Source: Schizochytrium sp. TIO01 (Eukaryota; Protista; Bigyra: Labyrinthulomycetes). Taken from it: a DNA stretch of 64,000 nucleotides. Shown here one piece after another: positions 11,301 through 23,800 of this stretch (position 1 is its first letter; each line of letters begins with the position of its first letter). The notes beneath the pieces are model-generated. The model was not told the DNA's origin, searched no databases, and saw only the letters and a list, made by a program, of their open reading frames with translations. The stretch lies in NCBI GenBank assembly GCA_004764695.1, contig SMSO01000006.1:77859-141858 (forward strand), given 5' to 3'. A program made the position numbers and the translations under genes.

Positions 11301-11733
11301 TAATACCGAGTCTCAACAATACCCTATCTACTACCTAGGTTCTTATCTCCCAATACCTATCTCTACTTAACCAGTATTTCGCTATTCATAAAGTCTTCTT
11401 TTAGTTATTAGGCTTCCATACGCGTTACTTGACTTTATCTTAATTTTTAAGCACTTCAGACCAGTGGGCCCGCCCACCCTACTATCTCCAATAAGAACCG
11501 GATTGCCTAGAGAACAAAAGAAAACATTTCCATCATTTTTAAATTAAAAAGTTAAAACAAATTTTGATGTTTTTTTAAATTAATTAAATGGCCGTTAGCC
11601 AACTGACCCTTCACATACTATTTTGTTCTTCTGGGCTATGAAGTGCCTTGAGTTGCAGAGCGGCATCAGCAATCACGTTTCTTTTTGAGAGATAGGCCAC
11701 GACCTCAGCAGAGTTGATCAAAACTTTACTGTC

Positions 11734-12567
11734 ATGGATTCCAGCAACGATGTACGCGCGGCGACCATGAGTGTAAGTGAAAGGAGGTATTGTGCTGAAG
11801 CAAAGGGTTGGTAACAAATCTAACTGACTCGAGTCTTCATAAATGAAAAGGACCGCGTTCATGGGTTCCGTAAGAACTGTCACCTCGTACAGGGTAAAGC
11901 TTCATTAGTTCTGAAGAACGAAGCAGCAGCGACAAAGCAATATGTTGCTCTTGCAGAAAGTTTAATGCGTATGGCTCGTAATGAGAGCAATCCCAATTTA
12001 AGCCAAGCTGTCCGAGCAATCGGCGAGGCCTTGAGTGAGATGGAAGGCCACCGAGAAATTCTCGTGCATGATCGTATTCAAAGTTCTCTTGTTCAGAAAA
12101 TTCACGAAATCGATGAGTCTTGCAATGCTCCAACGGAGCTATTTCTTCGCGACAGGACCCGTTCGATCAAAAGCTCTGTGAAGTTCAAGCAGCAATATGA
12201 TGATTTAGCAAAGAAGCAAAGCGTAAACCAGGCTAAACTTGACAAGAAACAAAAAAAAGCACAAGACGAAGAAAAACGGCTGCGTACCATGGATAAAGAT
12301 CTGCAGCAAAACCTTACTCGCTATGAAGAGAAGCGTGTGCTAGATTGCAAATTGGCTTTGGAAGAGTTTGTGAAAGGACAGCTGACATATCACTGTCGAG
12401 CAATAGAGACTCTCTCCAATGCTCTCAAATCTGTCAATAGAATTGATCCCGCATTAGGAATTGAGAGACTCTGTGAAGACCTTGACATGTGCCCGCGACG
12501 CGGCTCTAACTATCACATCAACCTTAAAGATTTAAAACTCGTCGGAGAGAGTAAGCAGTCGCATTAA
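11734..12567 (+). CDS. FAM92/CIBAR-family BAR-domain protein; exons 11734-11772 and 11851-12567
   Basis: ATG at 11734 (MDSSNDVRAATMS), then a GTAAGT donor at 11773, a CTAAC/CTGAC branch-like motif at ~11820-11828 and an AG at 11849-11850, joining in frame with the 11965-12567 ORF. C-terminal NLTRYEEKRVLDCKLALEEFVKGQLTYHCRAIETLSNA...NRID resembles the FAM92 C-terminal BAR helix. Confidence 0.75.
11773..11850 (+). other. 78-nt spliceosomal intron (phase 0)
   Basis: GTAAGT...CTAACTGAC...AAG. It contains in-frame stops, and its removal joins ATG 11734 to the downstream ORF. Confidence 0.75.
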
Positions 12568-12728
12568 CAAACAAAAACATGTATTCTGAAAAGGACTAAG
12601 CAATCGAAGTCTAATTACATCATATACTTCGTACACTTGTGGACAAGGCAGTTGCGCGTTTACTTCCAAATCACTGTAATAGTAGATTTGATTTCAAAGG
12701 GTATGTGCAGGGTATCTTGCTACGCACT

Positions 12729-13235
12729 TCACATCATAAAGTCCTTGTACAATTCTGAGAGCATGTAAAACGCGCCTACTACAATGCCCAACCAATACCC
12801 TTTGCGAACAAGATCTGCTAATCTCCAAAAATTGTCAACCATCCGCATCATTAAGGAATCACCTTGGTACGGCTTTTTGAGTAAGCGCTGTCTGCGGTCT
12901 TCCATCTCCCGTTGAATAGCTTCCTCAGCCTCAACCTCAGCAATGCTTTTCACAAGCGCCTGAGAGGGATCTGGTCTTTCCCAGCTCCGATCCCCTGTAT
13001 GCGTATTGAGATAATAGACGCGACCTTGCGCGTTGCTCTGTTCATGCCACACATCTCTCTTCTCTGCCTTGGGAGCAGCCTGCCCTTGTGAAGGAGAAGG
13101 CGAAGGCGGAGAAACGCAAAGGCTTCGTATGAGAAGGGTTGGCTTGCGTCTAAGCACAGTTAGTTTGCCTGCACTCCAAATGGCATGCGTGCGTAAGCAA
13201 GCCCGCGAAGTTAGCAGTGCTCGAGACCACAACAT
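12729..13235 (-). CDS. Small WW-domain protein with C-terminal transmembrane helix and probable mitochondrial presequence
   Basis: ATG at 13235. The N-terminus is R/L/S-rich with no acidic residues (MLWSRALLTSRACLR...). WW motif WHEQSNAQGRVYYLNTHTGDRSWERP. Hydrophobic GYWLGIVVGAFYML near the C-terminus. Confidence 0.75.
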   Translation of the reverse strand: MLWSRALLTSRACLRTHAIWSAGKLTVLRRKPTLLIRSLCVSPPSPSPSQGQAAPKAEKRDVWHEQSNAQGRVYYLNTHTGDRSWERPDPSQALVKSIAEVEAEEAIQREMEDRRQRLLKKPYQGDSLMMRMVDNFWRLADLVRKGYWLGIVVGAFYMLSELYKDFMM

Positions 13236-14118
13236 TTCTCCTTCTCTTGATTTCACTTCTGTCTGCCATTCAAGTTATACCTGAGTACCTTGGTGGTAGG
13301 TAGGTGCTACTAGTAGGTATTGCTGTGCGATGATGGTAAATGTGTGACACTATTTTATTAGGCTATATATATTTAAAAGTCTATCATTTTTATTTTAATT
13401 TAAAACAATTATAAAATTAATTATAAAATAATACTAGTAGGTCGATGCCCTTTAGATAAATTTTGTGTTGGCCGAGCCCTGGTACTACTGCTAGAATTCC
13501 ATACCACTGGGGAGGTGGTATACCTACCTACCTACTACCCAGTACATATTAGCATATAACATTTAACCATGCACAAGAAGTGCATTTCTAAACTCAATCC
13601 ATAAAGGTCGCTTTAAAATGATGTGATTTTATTGGTGACCTAGCTGCGTCTCCCACCCAATTATTCAAGAGGATCCTAAAGAAAAGAAACTCCTTTTCTT
13701 TATTTATAGGTTTGTTTGCTCTAATGATTGTTTCTGGAGTGTTACTGCTCTAGCGCATGCACGTACTTATCCACAATCGCGCTCTTGGGCCATGTCTCAG
13801 ATATTGAGTAAAATGGAAATAGTAGTTTATTCTCTTTTTTAAAATAAACTTTAAAACAAAATGAATATGCCTGTGATGTGACAAGATCCTTTGTGGTTGA
13901 CAGAGTTATCGCGAGCGCTTTCTGTGATTTTATGCAACAAGAAGCACGTCGCAGTACAGTTACTTATTAAGGCGGTGTTTTAATTTAAAATAAATTAATC
14001 AAAATACTGCTCAAATTAAGAACTAGTACATAGTAAAACCTATAGATTTGTGATTCTTAGGCGTCTATGCTTCATATACGTGGTACCATAGATGTCCTGC
14101 CTTAGTTTCTGACATATT

Positions 14119-14294
14119 CAGTGATTCGTTTGGCCCAAGATCAGTTATTTCAATCCATTACCTCTGACTAGTGATATTCTAACATTCTCACAAGGTGCTT
14201 GGCGTTTTGAAATTATCACCACTCGAAAAACTTTCTTTTTACTTGAGCTTTTACCCAAGTAGAATAATTACTTCTAATTAGTGAGAGTGAGTGA
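14119..14294 (+). repeat. Two direct, degenerate copies of the dispersed repeat
   Basis: CAGTGATTCGTTTGGCCCAAG...TACCTCTGACTAGTGATA and TTTTACTTGAGCTTTTACCCAAGTAGAA...TCTAATTAGTGAGAGTG. Confidence 0.6.
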
Positions 14295-14833
14295 CCACAA
14301 CTCACCATGTGCGCCATAGCTCGGGCCTGAGGCGTCCCCTGTGTCTAGTACCAAAGTAGGCAAGTCAGTTTACGCTGTTACATTATATATTGCTTTCCCT
14401 CATCAATATGTAAGACATGTTACCATGCTTAGCTTTATGCGCACAAGTTTCGTGTTTTGTAACGCCTAGTTTTGATGTTTTGTTTCTGCACTTTTTTATT
14501 ATTTAAAATAATGACAGCATCTACGTAGGCACATAGTAGTAGCTACGACCGCTATGCTAATAAGAACTGCCTAATGCATCAATGGAATCAACCCGTTGTA
14601 GCAGGACTATTATAATCCTAGCCGAAACTATAGTACAAGTTCTCAAACATTGTGATGTCCTTCATTTTGCCACAGCCCTTCCCAATAGAGGGCCCCTCGG
14701 CTGTCCCAAAGCTGCAAAAGCTCTGCCGTATTGCAGAGCGTCATCAAGTTGTATGTGAAGTGTATCGCAGACAACAGAATATAATTTTACCCACTTGACG
14801 CCCTTGGCTTGTCTGTTGTGTCAAGGAAGCACG

Positions 14834-17800
14834 ATGCCGAAGGTACTTGAGATCGAGGCTGTCTCTGCAACAAAGTTGAAGAAGCTAGAGTCCGGGCATT
14901 TCGGTTTCAAACAGGATCCGTATGTCGTCTTCTCACTTTTGGGCAGGGAGCAGCGTACTGAGACGCATCGAAATGCACAATCAAAGCCTAAATGGGCTGA
15001 GCAAGGGCTCCAATGTAAAGTTGCCTTCGAAATACCAGATCACCTTGAGGAGAACAACATCTCACTTAGCATTCGAGTTATGAATGACAACACGAAAAAC
15101 AGGTTTTTTTCGAAAAAGGATCAGGTCATTGGGGAAGCTCAAGTGTCTCTTGCCGAACTCATATCCAAGATAAGTGTAAAAGAACCCTTTGAAATCACCT
15201 TGGAGACTCAGGGCTCATTATATGTTCGTACAAACGTTTCAGGAGACTCTCAAAATAGAGTTGATAATACAGATAAAGCTGAATCAGAGAGAGGAAACCA
15301 ACGCCAGGGCAATAGCAATGGTCAAGATAATACATTCGCATGCTTTCATATTGTTTCAATTCGTAGCCAAGGATTGAAAGGGATGGTCAAACCTTACGTG
15401 AAACTTACTGCTCGTGGTGGTGCATGCAACCCCCCCGTCGCGGGACGAACCAAGAGCTTACGCGGCAATGACTCTAAATGGGTGTCCAAACGTGGAGAGC
15501 TTTTCTCTTTAAATTTGCCGGGGGAGCCCAAAGAAGTCGTGATTCAAGTCAGCGAATCGAAAACCGGAGGCGCTGCAATTTCGCAAGGTGTCTCAGCTAT
15601 ATTACAGTTCGCAGATCTCAAAACGGCTATTGACAGAGTAAACTCAGAGAACGGCTCACATGAACTAAGCATAATTATGCTAGACAAAGAGAAGAAAAAA
15701 AATGGTATTCTATTTCTGTCTGCCACTATTGACTTCAATACTACCAATAATAACAATAGCAATGAACAAGCTAAATCGACAATCGAAATGGAGGGCTCAG
15801 ATTTGGCACATGCAGAATCTTCTAGTACAAAAGTGACCCCAAAGCAAGCAGTAAGCCCCAATAATTCACTTCAGAAAACGAGTATAACTGAAGGCATACT
15901 CACAATCACTGCCGTCTCGGCTTCTTTAACTCGCGATGTAGAGAGGTTTGGTTTTTCAATTAACAAGCAAGACCCATACATGGAACTCATCCTTTTGCCC
16001 TGGCGAGGTGAACGCCAAAAGGCAAAGACAAAAGCTTGCAATGGAGCTGGTAAGGAGGTGACCTGGTCAGAGGAACTCCACAACGCGAAGATGCAACTCT
16101 ATTTGCCGGGACCACCTGAAGGAGGAGAAGCAGTACAACTTCACATCAAAGTTCGGGATGAAAATATTGGTGCAGATAGAGATATTGCCGACGCTATCAT
16201 TGATGTTGCCGAACACCTTCAAAATCTCAATTCGTTAGTCACAAGTAATGACTCGATCACCATCACAGTTAATCTTGGGTTCAATGAAAAGAAAGAGCGA
16301 AAACCTGGGGGGACCTGTACTATCAACTTAGCTTTTCGCCCAGGCGCTCCCCCCAGCTCTGCGCTTCCTCAAAAAAAGGGTCAAAGCAAAATAAAGGATA
16401 CCGAACTAGCATCTCTGAAAGGACCTCCCTTGGAAGTTTCAATTGAGCCAGAAAAACCACATACGATCTATTTTACAATAAAGAGGGGAAATAAGCTGAA
16501 GAAAGTTAGTCACCTTGAAAGACAAGACCCATTTGTTAAACTACAACTTCAACCGTACAATATTGTTGCTCAAACCAACTACGTAAAAAATGGTAATATA
16601 GATCCAATCTGGACACCCGATCATGGAAACAGCATTCAGCTGAAATATCCTGGCAAGAGATCAGGCGATTTACCGCATATCATTCTTGAGGTTTATGATC
16701 ATGAAACTCTTCAAAAGCATCGATTAATTGGGTCCCAAACTCTAGAACCAGAATTCTTTTTGCGCTCTCAAAAGCATGGTCTTTTTGATTTTCCTGTGGA
16801 GCTACAGCCTCCGGGGGCTGGTACAATTATCCTTGATGTTCATGCAAGCCTTCAATCTCAACAAAATCGAACTCGAAGTGGAATACTGAAGGTCTTTCTT
16901 GAGGATCTATCAGTTACAACTAGTGGAGATTGGTTTAGCCGTAATGATCTCAAAATATGCTTGACCACTCAGCCTGCAGAAGAGCTGCAAAACCCAATTG
17001 AATCCATCGCGATTCAAAATGCTGGCTCAGCTGCAACATTCAACCAAGAACTAGAGATACCAATTTTCGACTATGGTCCTAATGGAGTGGGCGTTGATAC
17101 CCATGCAACAGGCCTTGTTGTAACCATTAAGGATAAAAATGTTTTTATCCGTGACTCATTCCTTGGCCAGGGCTTTGTTGACTTATCTGATGTGTTTACT
17201 GACGCTAGCAGGGATGTTGAACCCTCCTCTAATCTAAGCAAGCCCACACAACGAGGCATTCGCACACCATCGCGACGCCGTGCAGTCACAATCAGAGCCA
17301 ATAACAAAGACGTTGGAACTCTTCATGCACGCATTGAGTTCATACCGTCACAATGCCAAGGAAAAAATTTAATCTTAGCTATGGGGTCTAGCCCTGGATT
17401 TTTGCGTGTGTGGGCTCTGGAGGCGCGTCAGCTGAAAAAGGTATCAAGTCTCCTCGATCGGAAACAGGATCCTTTTCTTCAAGTCAAGTATGAACATAGT
17501 GGCGAGTCATCATCAAACATATTACAGAATACTAAGCCTGCAAACAATGCAGGCAATGCTTGTACATGGAATGTGCCCTTAGACCTACCTTTTGGTCAAA
17601 CTGAAGCAGACCTGGTTCGCTCTTCCCAGCATCCCGGCTTTCTCTGCCTGGATGCATTTGATAAAGAACAAGTTGGACAGAAGAAAATAGGATCAGCTCG
17701 AGTTGATCTAAAAAGAGCCATTTCATCACTCCCAGAGGGCACTAATGATATGTGGATTACGTTGCATGATGACTTGGATCACAAGGCAGGCCAAGTTCGG

Positions 17801-20800
17801 AATTGCTCTTGATTTCACTCAGCGAATTCCGGAAGACCTTGCTCTGCGGGACGATTTTGCTTTTGTTCCTGCTGGTGTGCTTTATCTCATGGTGTTAGAC
17901 CTTGAGGGTCTCGATCCAAGCAGCAAGGACAAAATTTCTGGTCTTGTTACTTTGCAATCCACTACGAAAGAGCTCCAGCTTTGTGAGCCTGAAAACGGCA
18001 AAGCTGCCTGGAATATGCTTGCTGAAATTCCTTGGGATCCACCCCCGCTCTCTCCAAGTGCAGAGGCATTAATGATCCCACCAGTTCTCGAATTCACCTT
18101 ATCAAGAACAAAACGCAACGTTTTTGACATCAACACAACTTTCGGAAAGTGCACAATACCATTGCATGCATTTCTTGATACCGACTTTCGTCCGGTTGAA
18201 AAGCAAATCCCAGTGTCGAAAGGCAAAGGCTTACAAGACACATTTACTACGCTACGAGTCACAGGCATTTTTAAACCAAAGCAAGCGCCAAATATCCCAT
18301 CAAGTGAAAGCATTTTAGCTTCGTTAAGGAGCATGCCATCCCCTAATTTAACCTACCATAGTACACCTCCTAGCATTTCCCAAGAAGCAAAGGAAGCAGC
18401 GAATCAGCACCCATTCTCCCCCATGTCTGGGCGCCTTCATGTGCGAATCATCCAAGGACGAGACTTGCCATCACACGACCTGTTCAAAAAACAAGATCCT
18501 TTCGTACATGGAGTTTTAGAGCCAGGAGGTACCCAATTTTCGACATGCGTCTGCATGGGAGGGGGGGCTGAACCCAAATGGGTTTCTCCTGAATTAGCAA
18601 ACAACTCTGTAATTTTGGTCGAAGATGCGGATGTTGCGCTCGTCCATCTTTATTGTTCCGACCACGACTCTATGACCAAATCGGATCTCATTGGCTTTGT
18701 CGACATTCCCCTCAGACCACTGGCACTCGCTGCACGCTCAACACGTCAAAAGCTCAGAGCCAAAAGCCTAGGTTTGCATTCTTCCTCCGCGCCACACTTA
18801 GAAGAGAACCGTAACATAGATACCTATGATGATTGCGAACCCTTCGAGGGGTTTTCCCAGACCAAATGGTGGTCTCTTCGTGATGATAAGGGGAGTACTT
18901 GCGGTCGAGTTCAACTCCAGCTTGATTTCACAGAAGACTGGGTGCCATTAAAGAGGCAAACTTTACCCGCGGAACTTTTGTATCCCGGGTCTGTCAGCTT
19001 CCATATTGAACATGCTGATTTCTATACAAACAAAGATATCCTAGGCAGCCAAGAAGCTTATGTCAAACTTCAATGGAGTCCACAGGCTGCTGGAAACGGT
19101 CAGCCGGGTTTTGATTCTGTGAAAACCAAAGTATGTCCTAACTCTGCAAAACACGCAGATTGGGATGAAACTCTTACTGTCGAATATACTCCAGACATAG
19201 CCTTTGGTGCACTAAGACAAGGTCAAACACCGACACTTATTCTTCAAATCTTAGACAAAGATAGGTTGACCAAGGACGACTTAATTGGGGAAACTCGTGT
19301 ACCTTTACTCGCACTAGCCAAAACGCCTGGAAAACAACTTATTCGGGCTCTACCCCTGATTAACACTCAAAAAGGTGAAACTACAAATGCAGGGGCTCTT
19401 CATTTACGCATGCAGTTCATTTCAAGCCAGCAAGAAACTCAGAACCATCAAACAGCCAATCAATCTGGATTAGTCTTGGATGAAAGTACTGAGCGAGGAG
19501 AAGGTGGGCGCCTAGTTCTTCACATTATAAGGGCAAGAGGGCTCAAAGATGTACAATGGTTTGGAAAAATGGATCCGAGAGTCAGTTTGCGTCTTTGGCC
19601 TGGAAATCAGACTTCAAGAACTTCTGAAGCTAAAGATGCGGAAAAGCACCCGGAGTGGAACGAGACACATATCCTGGATACGGAAGACATAGCCTTGTCT
19701 CTTCTCGATGTTCAAGTGACTACCGGGAGTACACTTATAGGCAAAACAGAGATTCCCATTTGTGCTCTTAGTCTTGACACCGCACAAAACAATCAGTGGT
19801 ATCCATTGGTACAAACCACAAAAAAATCTGTTAAGCGCGTCGGAGAAATTCAAATAGGTATCTCTCTTGAAGAAGATGCTGAGATGGATTCTGACGTGCT
19901 TGTACAACCTAAAGACGTCAATGTACAGTTTGTTCGTGGTCCTGGTGATCTGCATATTCATATTGACCGTTGTGTAGCTCTGAAAAATGTTGCATTAGTG
20001 GGAAAACAAGATCCATATGTTGAGATGGAGGGGGTGGGATGGCGCAAATCATTTAAAGCAAAAAGTAATGTAGATGAAAATGGTGGGCGCAATCCAAGGT
20101 TTTCATTTTCAACATCTACGGAGCTTGAATGGTCTCCCAGTGACAAAGAGGTACCTTCTTTAAAACTAGCTATTAAAAACAGAGGAAGTCTGCAACAGCA
20201 AACAATTCACGAAGTTCAATTTTCGTTAGCCCCATGGCTTCTGGCACCAGGTCAAATGGCATCTCTGTGGATCCCAACATATGGAGGGGGAAGCCATGGC
20301 GGCCCCTATCAGCAAAATTCAGACAATGGATCAAGCTCAATGCATATTCAACTTCAGTACATTCCACGCTCCAACTTTCCTGCCAAACCCTCTCGACCAT
20401 TAGCAAGATCGTTGGCAAACTTTATTGCCAACAACCCGAGTGGTCCACGTGAAGGAAATATCCACGTGCAGGTGCTAGCAGCTCGTAACCTCACGGACAT
20501 TCAGATGCTTGGTGATCAAGACCCGTATATAAAGCTAACACTTATTAGCGGGGGGGGGAACGGAGATGGAAACCTCCATTTTGTCTCTGCCAAGACTGCT
20601 TCCCTTACAAATGCAGGAAGCCACCCTGAGTGGGATGAAGATCTCTTGCTTCCTTACTCAGAAAGCAGCTTGAAGATTGTTGGCGCAGGGTCAACTCCAT
20701 TCCTTCTAGTTGAGGCATGGGATGCCAACCTTAAGCTTGTGGGCGATAAACTCATTGCACGAACACACATTCCAATATTCCCATTCTTGCTAGATCACAG

Positions 20801-23800
20801 TCAGGTAGGAGACTCGTGGTACCCTCTACTCAGTGCAGAAGGCCAAAGAATGGGTGAAATCCATCTTGGAATTCAATTTCAGCTCGAGGGTCAAGGGAAA
20901 CAACTACTTCCGTCGGAAAGGCCAGAAAATATTCTAAATATTGTGGTCCTACGGGCTCGCAACCTCTTTAACACTGGCGATAACATGCTTGAGCTAGGGT
21001 CCCAAGATCCTTATGTCACAGCCGAATTCATTGGTAAAAACCAGATTGCAAGAACTCATGTGGCTCAAAACCAGGGTACAGAACCTTGTTTTGATGAGCG
21101 CCTTCAACTAAAAGACTGCATGCCGGATGCAAGTGGGTGTAATCCCACCTTGCTTTGCAAAGTGTTCGACCATAACTCAGTGAGAAAAGACAGCTTCATA
21201 GGTATGTTTGAACTGGAATTAGGCGAAATAATCATGGGGACTTCAGGGACGCCATCCCAGACTCTCAAGCAATGGTTTCAACTCTGGGATAAAAACAGAA
21301 ATAAATCCAAAGGAGAACTTCAACTTATTCTTAAACGCGGCCCTTTTTCTGGCGAAGACGAAGGTGAGGACGAAGGAGTTATTATGCAGTCGTCCGACCT
21401 GTTCATGGGTGATGGTAAACTTTACATCCATATCAAGCATGGGTTTAATATTAGAGATGAAAAAGGTGAACCACCAGAACGTTGTTGTGTACGAGTAACT
21501 AGCATACTAGGAGGCAAAGTTAAAGCCGTCGCCGAAGGTTCTGCTTCAAACTTAAGTCCGGGGCATGCTGACACAAGTTTTGAGAGCAGCAAGGTTGTGG
21601 TGCCAGTAAGCAAAAGTGAAACTGCATCGCTTTTACTAGAACTTTTCGAGGTTCGCAAAGCCATACTTCCAGGACGTCGCAAGAAGCTTCTTGCAGAGTC
21701 AGTGTTACCAAATCTCGGAACATTTACACAAAGTTTCATGCCAAGCCCCCAGTCAGTATCAGTGAATTTGCAATCAAGTTCTTCTAATAATCAAAACATG
21801 CGAGTAGATGTTGATGTTCAATTTCTCCCACGTGTTGCTGGTCAGTTTCGTATTCTAGTGAAAAACGTTTCAGACGTCAAATCGCAGGAGATGTTTGGCA
21901 AAAATGATTTGAGAGTTGATGTATCGATCGATAATGGTGACGCTAAAATGATTACCGAGAAAACTACCACCAAATGGAACGCTGGAGCATCGGCGACCTG
22001 GGAGGAGCATCTGTCGTTGCTCTACTCAAATGACATGGAGACTAAGCAACCTGTACTAGTTGTCAAGGTTGTCGAGGTCGACATGATTAGGAATGATATT
22101 TGCGGAGTGACACGGTTCCCATTAATAGATCTGGTTACAGAATCATTGGCAAAAGGCCCTGATACTGTCGTAAAGAGAGCTCCAGCGATTTATTCTTTAG
22201 AGCATGGAAATGGAAAGGTGTGTTTCGGTGTTGAGTTCTTCCCAGATGCCGATATATTCGAGAAAGAAAAGATTGAAGAAAGCGAATTTTCAAAAGAGCT
22301 TAAACGAATGTGGCGTCTCCTAGATGTAAATAACAACCGGTGTTTGACCCTCGAAGAATTCATGAATGCTTTTATAAAAAATCCGGAGTGCTCGGCCTAT
22401 TTTGATTTAGATTCACACAGCTTTTCTGCAGAATCTGTCGCTAGCGGATCTACACGACAAATCATTCATGATCTATTCATGGCTATTAACACGAACCAAG
22501 ACGAAGTCATTGATTTTGACGAATTTAAGGCATTTATGGAATCTAAGCCTTTTCGTGATCAAGAGCGTGAGCGAATCGATGCAGATAGACGACGTGAAGA
22601 GCAATTACTCCGAGATGCAGAGGCTCGCCGTCGGCAAGAACAAGAGAAACGTGATGCTGAAGCACGCCGCCGTCGAGAACAAGATAAACAAGAAAGTGAG
22701 CAACGACGCAAGCGCGAGGCTGAGCGTAAAGCAGCTTTGGAGGAAAAGCGTGAAATCGAAGCAAGGCGTCAGCAAGAGGCCAGAGAACGTGAGCAACAAC
22801 GAGCAAAGGAACGTAGAGAAGAAGAGCTCACTAGACGGCGACGCCAAGAGGAATATGCGCGCGAAGCCGAGAAACGGGCACATGAAGAGCTTGAGCGTCT
22901 TCAAGCAGAAGCAGCTCGTTTGCAGAAAGAGGAGCGAGAGCGCAAGGCGCGTGAACGAAAGCTTGCAGGAAGGGTTCAGCATAAACGTTCTCAAGATGTC
23001 ATGTTGTGGCGCACTCGTGACGTTGTGGAGTGGCTTGCAGAAGACCTTGAATTGCCCTTTTATGCAGCAAGTTTTGTTGAAGCAGCTGTCGATGGACCTC
23101 TCTTGGTTGCGCTAACGGAGGATGACTTGGCAGGCCAACTTCAAGTCGCAGACGGGCTTCATCGCCGTAAAATTCTATTACGTGCAGCACGTCTCTTTGA
23201 GCTTCATCGCGAGCTCATTGATAGAGGGAATAGTGAAACTTCTTCTCGTCAACGTTCTTGCTCATCCCCGGCCTCGGCCAAAAACCAGAGGCTAGAAAAC
23301 AAAGTACCTGTTGGGGAGCACGAGCAAATACGTCTAAAACTTGCACGCGCAAGCCAAAAGGAGAACGATGCCACTCGTAAAAGAGATGCCAAACAACATC
23401 GAATGTGGAAATTTGAGTACGTAAAAGCAGGTGAGGACTTTCAACATAGTCTAGAGAGGGATGATCCTTTTGATTGGTATAGTCAATCACGCATCCAAAC
23501 TTTGAAAAATGATGACGGAACAAATCCAACTACTGGCATGGATAGTGAGGACGAAGACGAGGAACCTTTTCGGCAGGCAATGGCACAAGTTCGAGAAAAC
23601 ATTGTTGGACGAGTTAATGAAACTCAAAATTCTGTCCAACACAGGCCTCGCCCAGTTCTCGCAAGTGAGCAGAACCAACTTTTAAAGAATGGTGAGCCTA
23701 TGAAAAGCCTGAGTCCTTCTTCACGAGCAATTAAGGCTCTTCCCAAAGAGTATTGGTTTCAGGATCATGAGCCCTGGTTCATTGACCCAGAAGATGAAGA

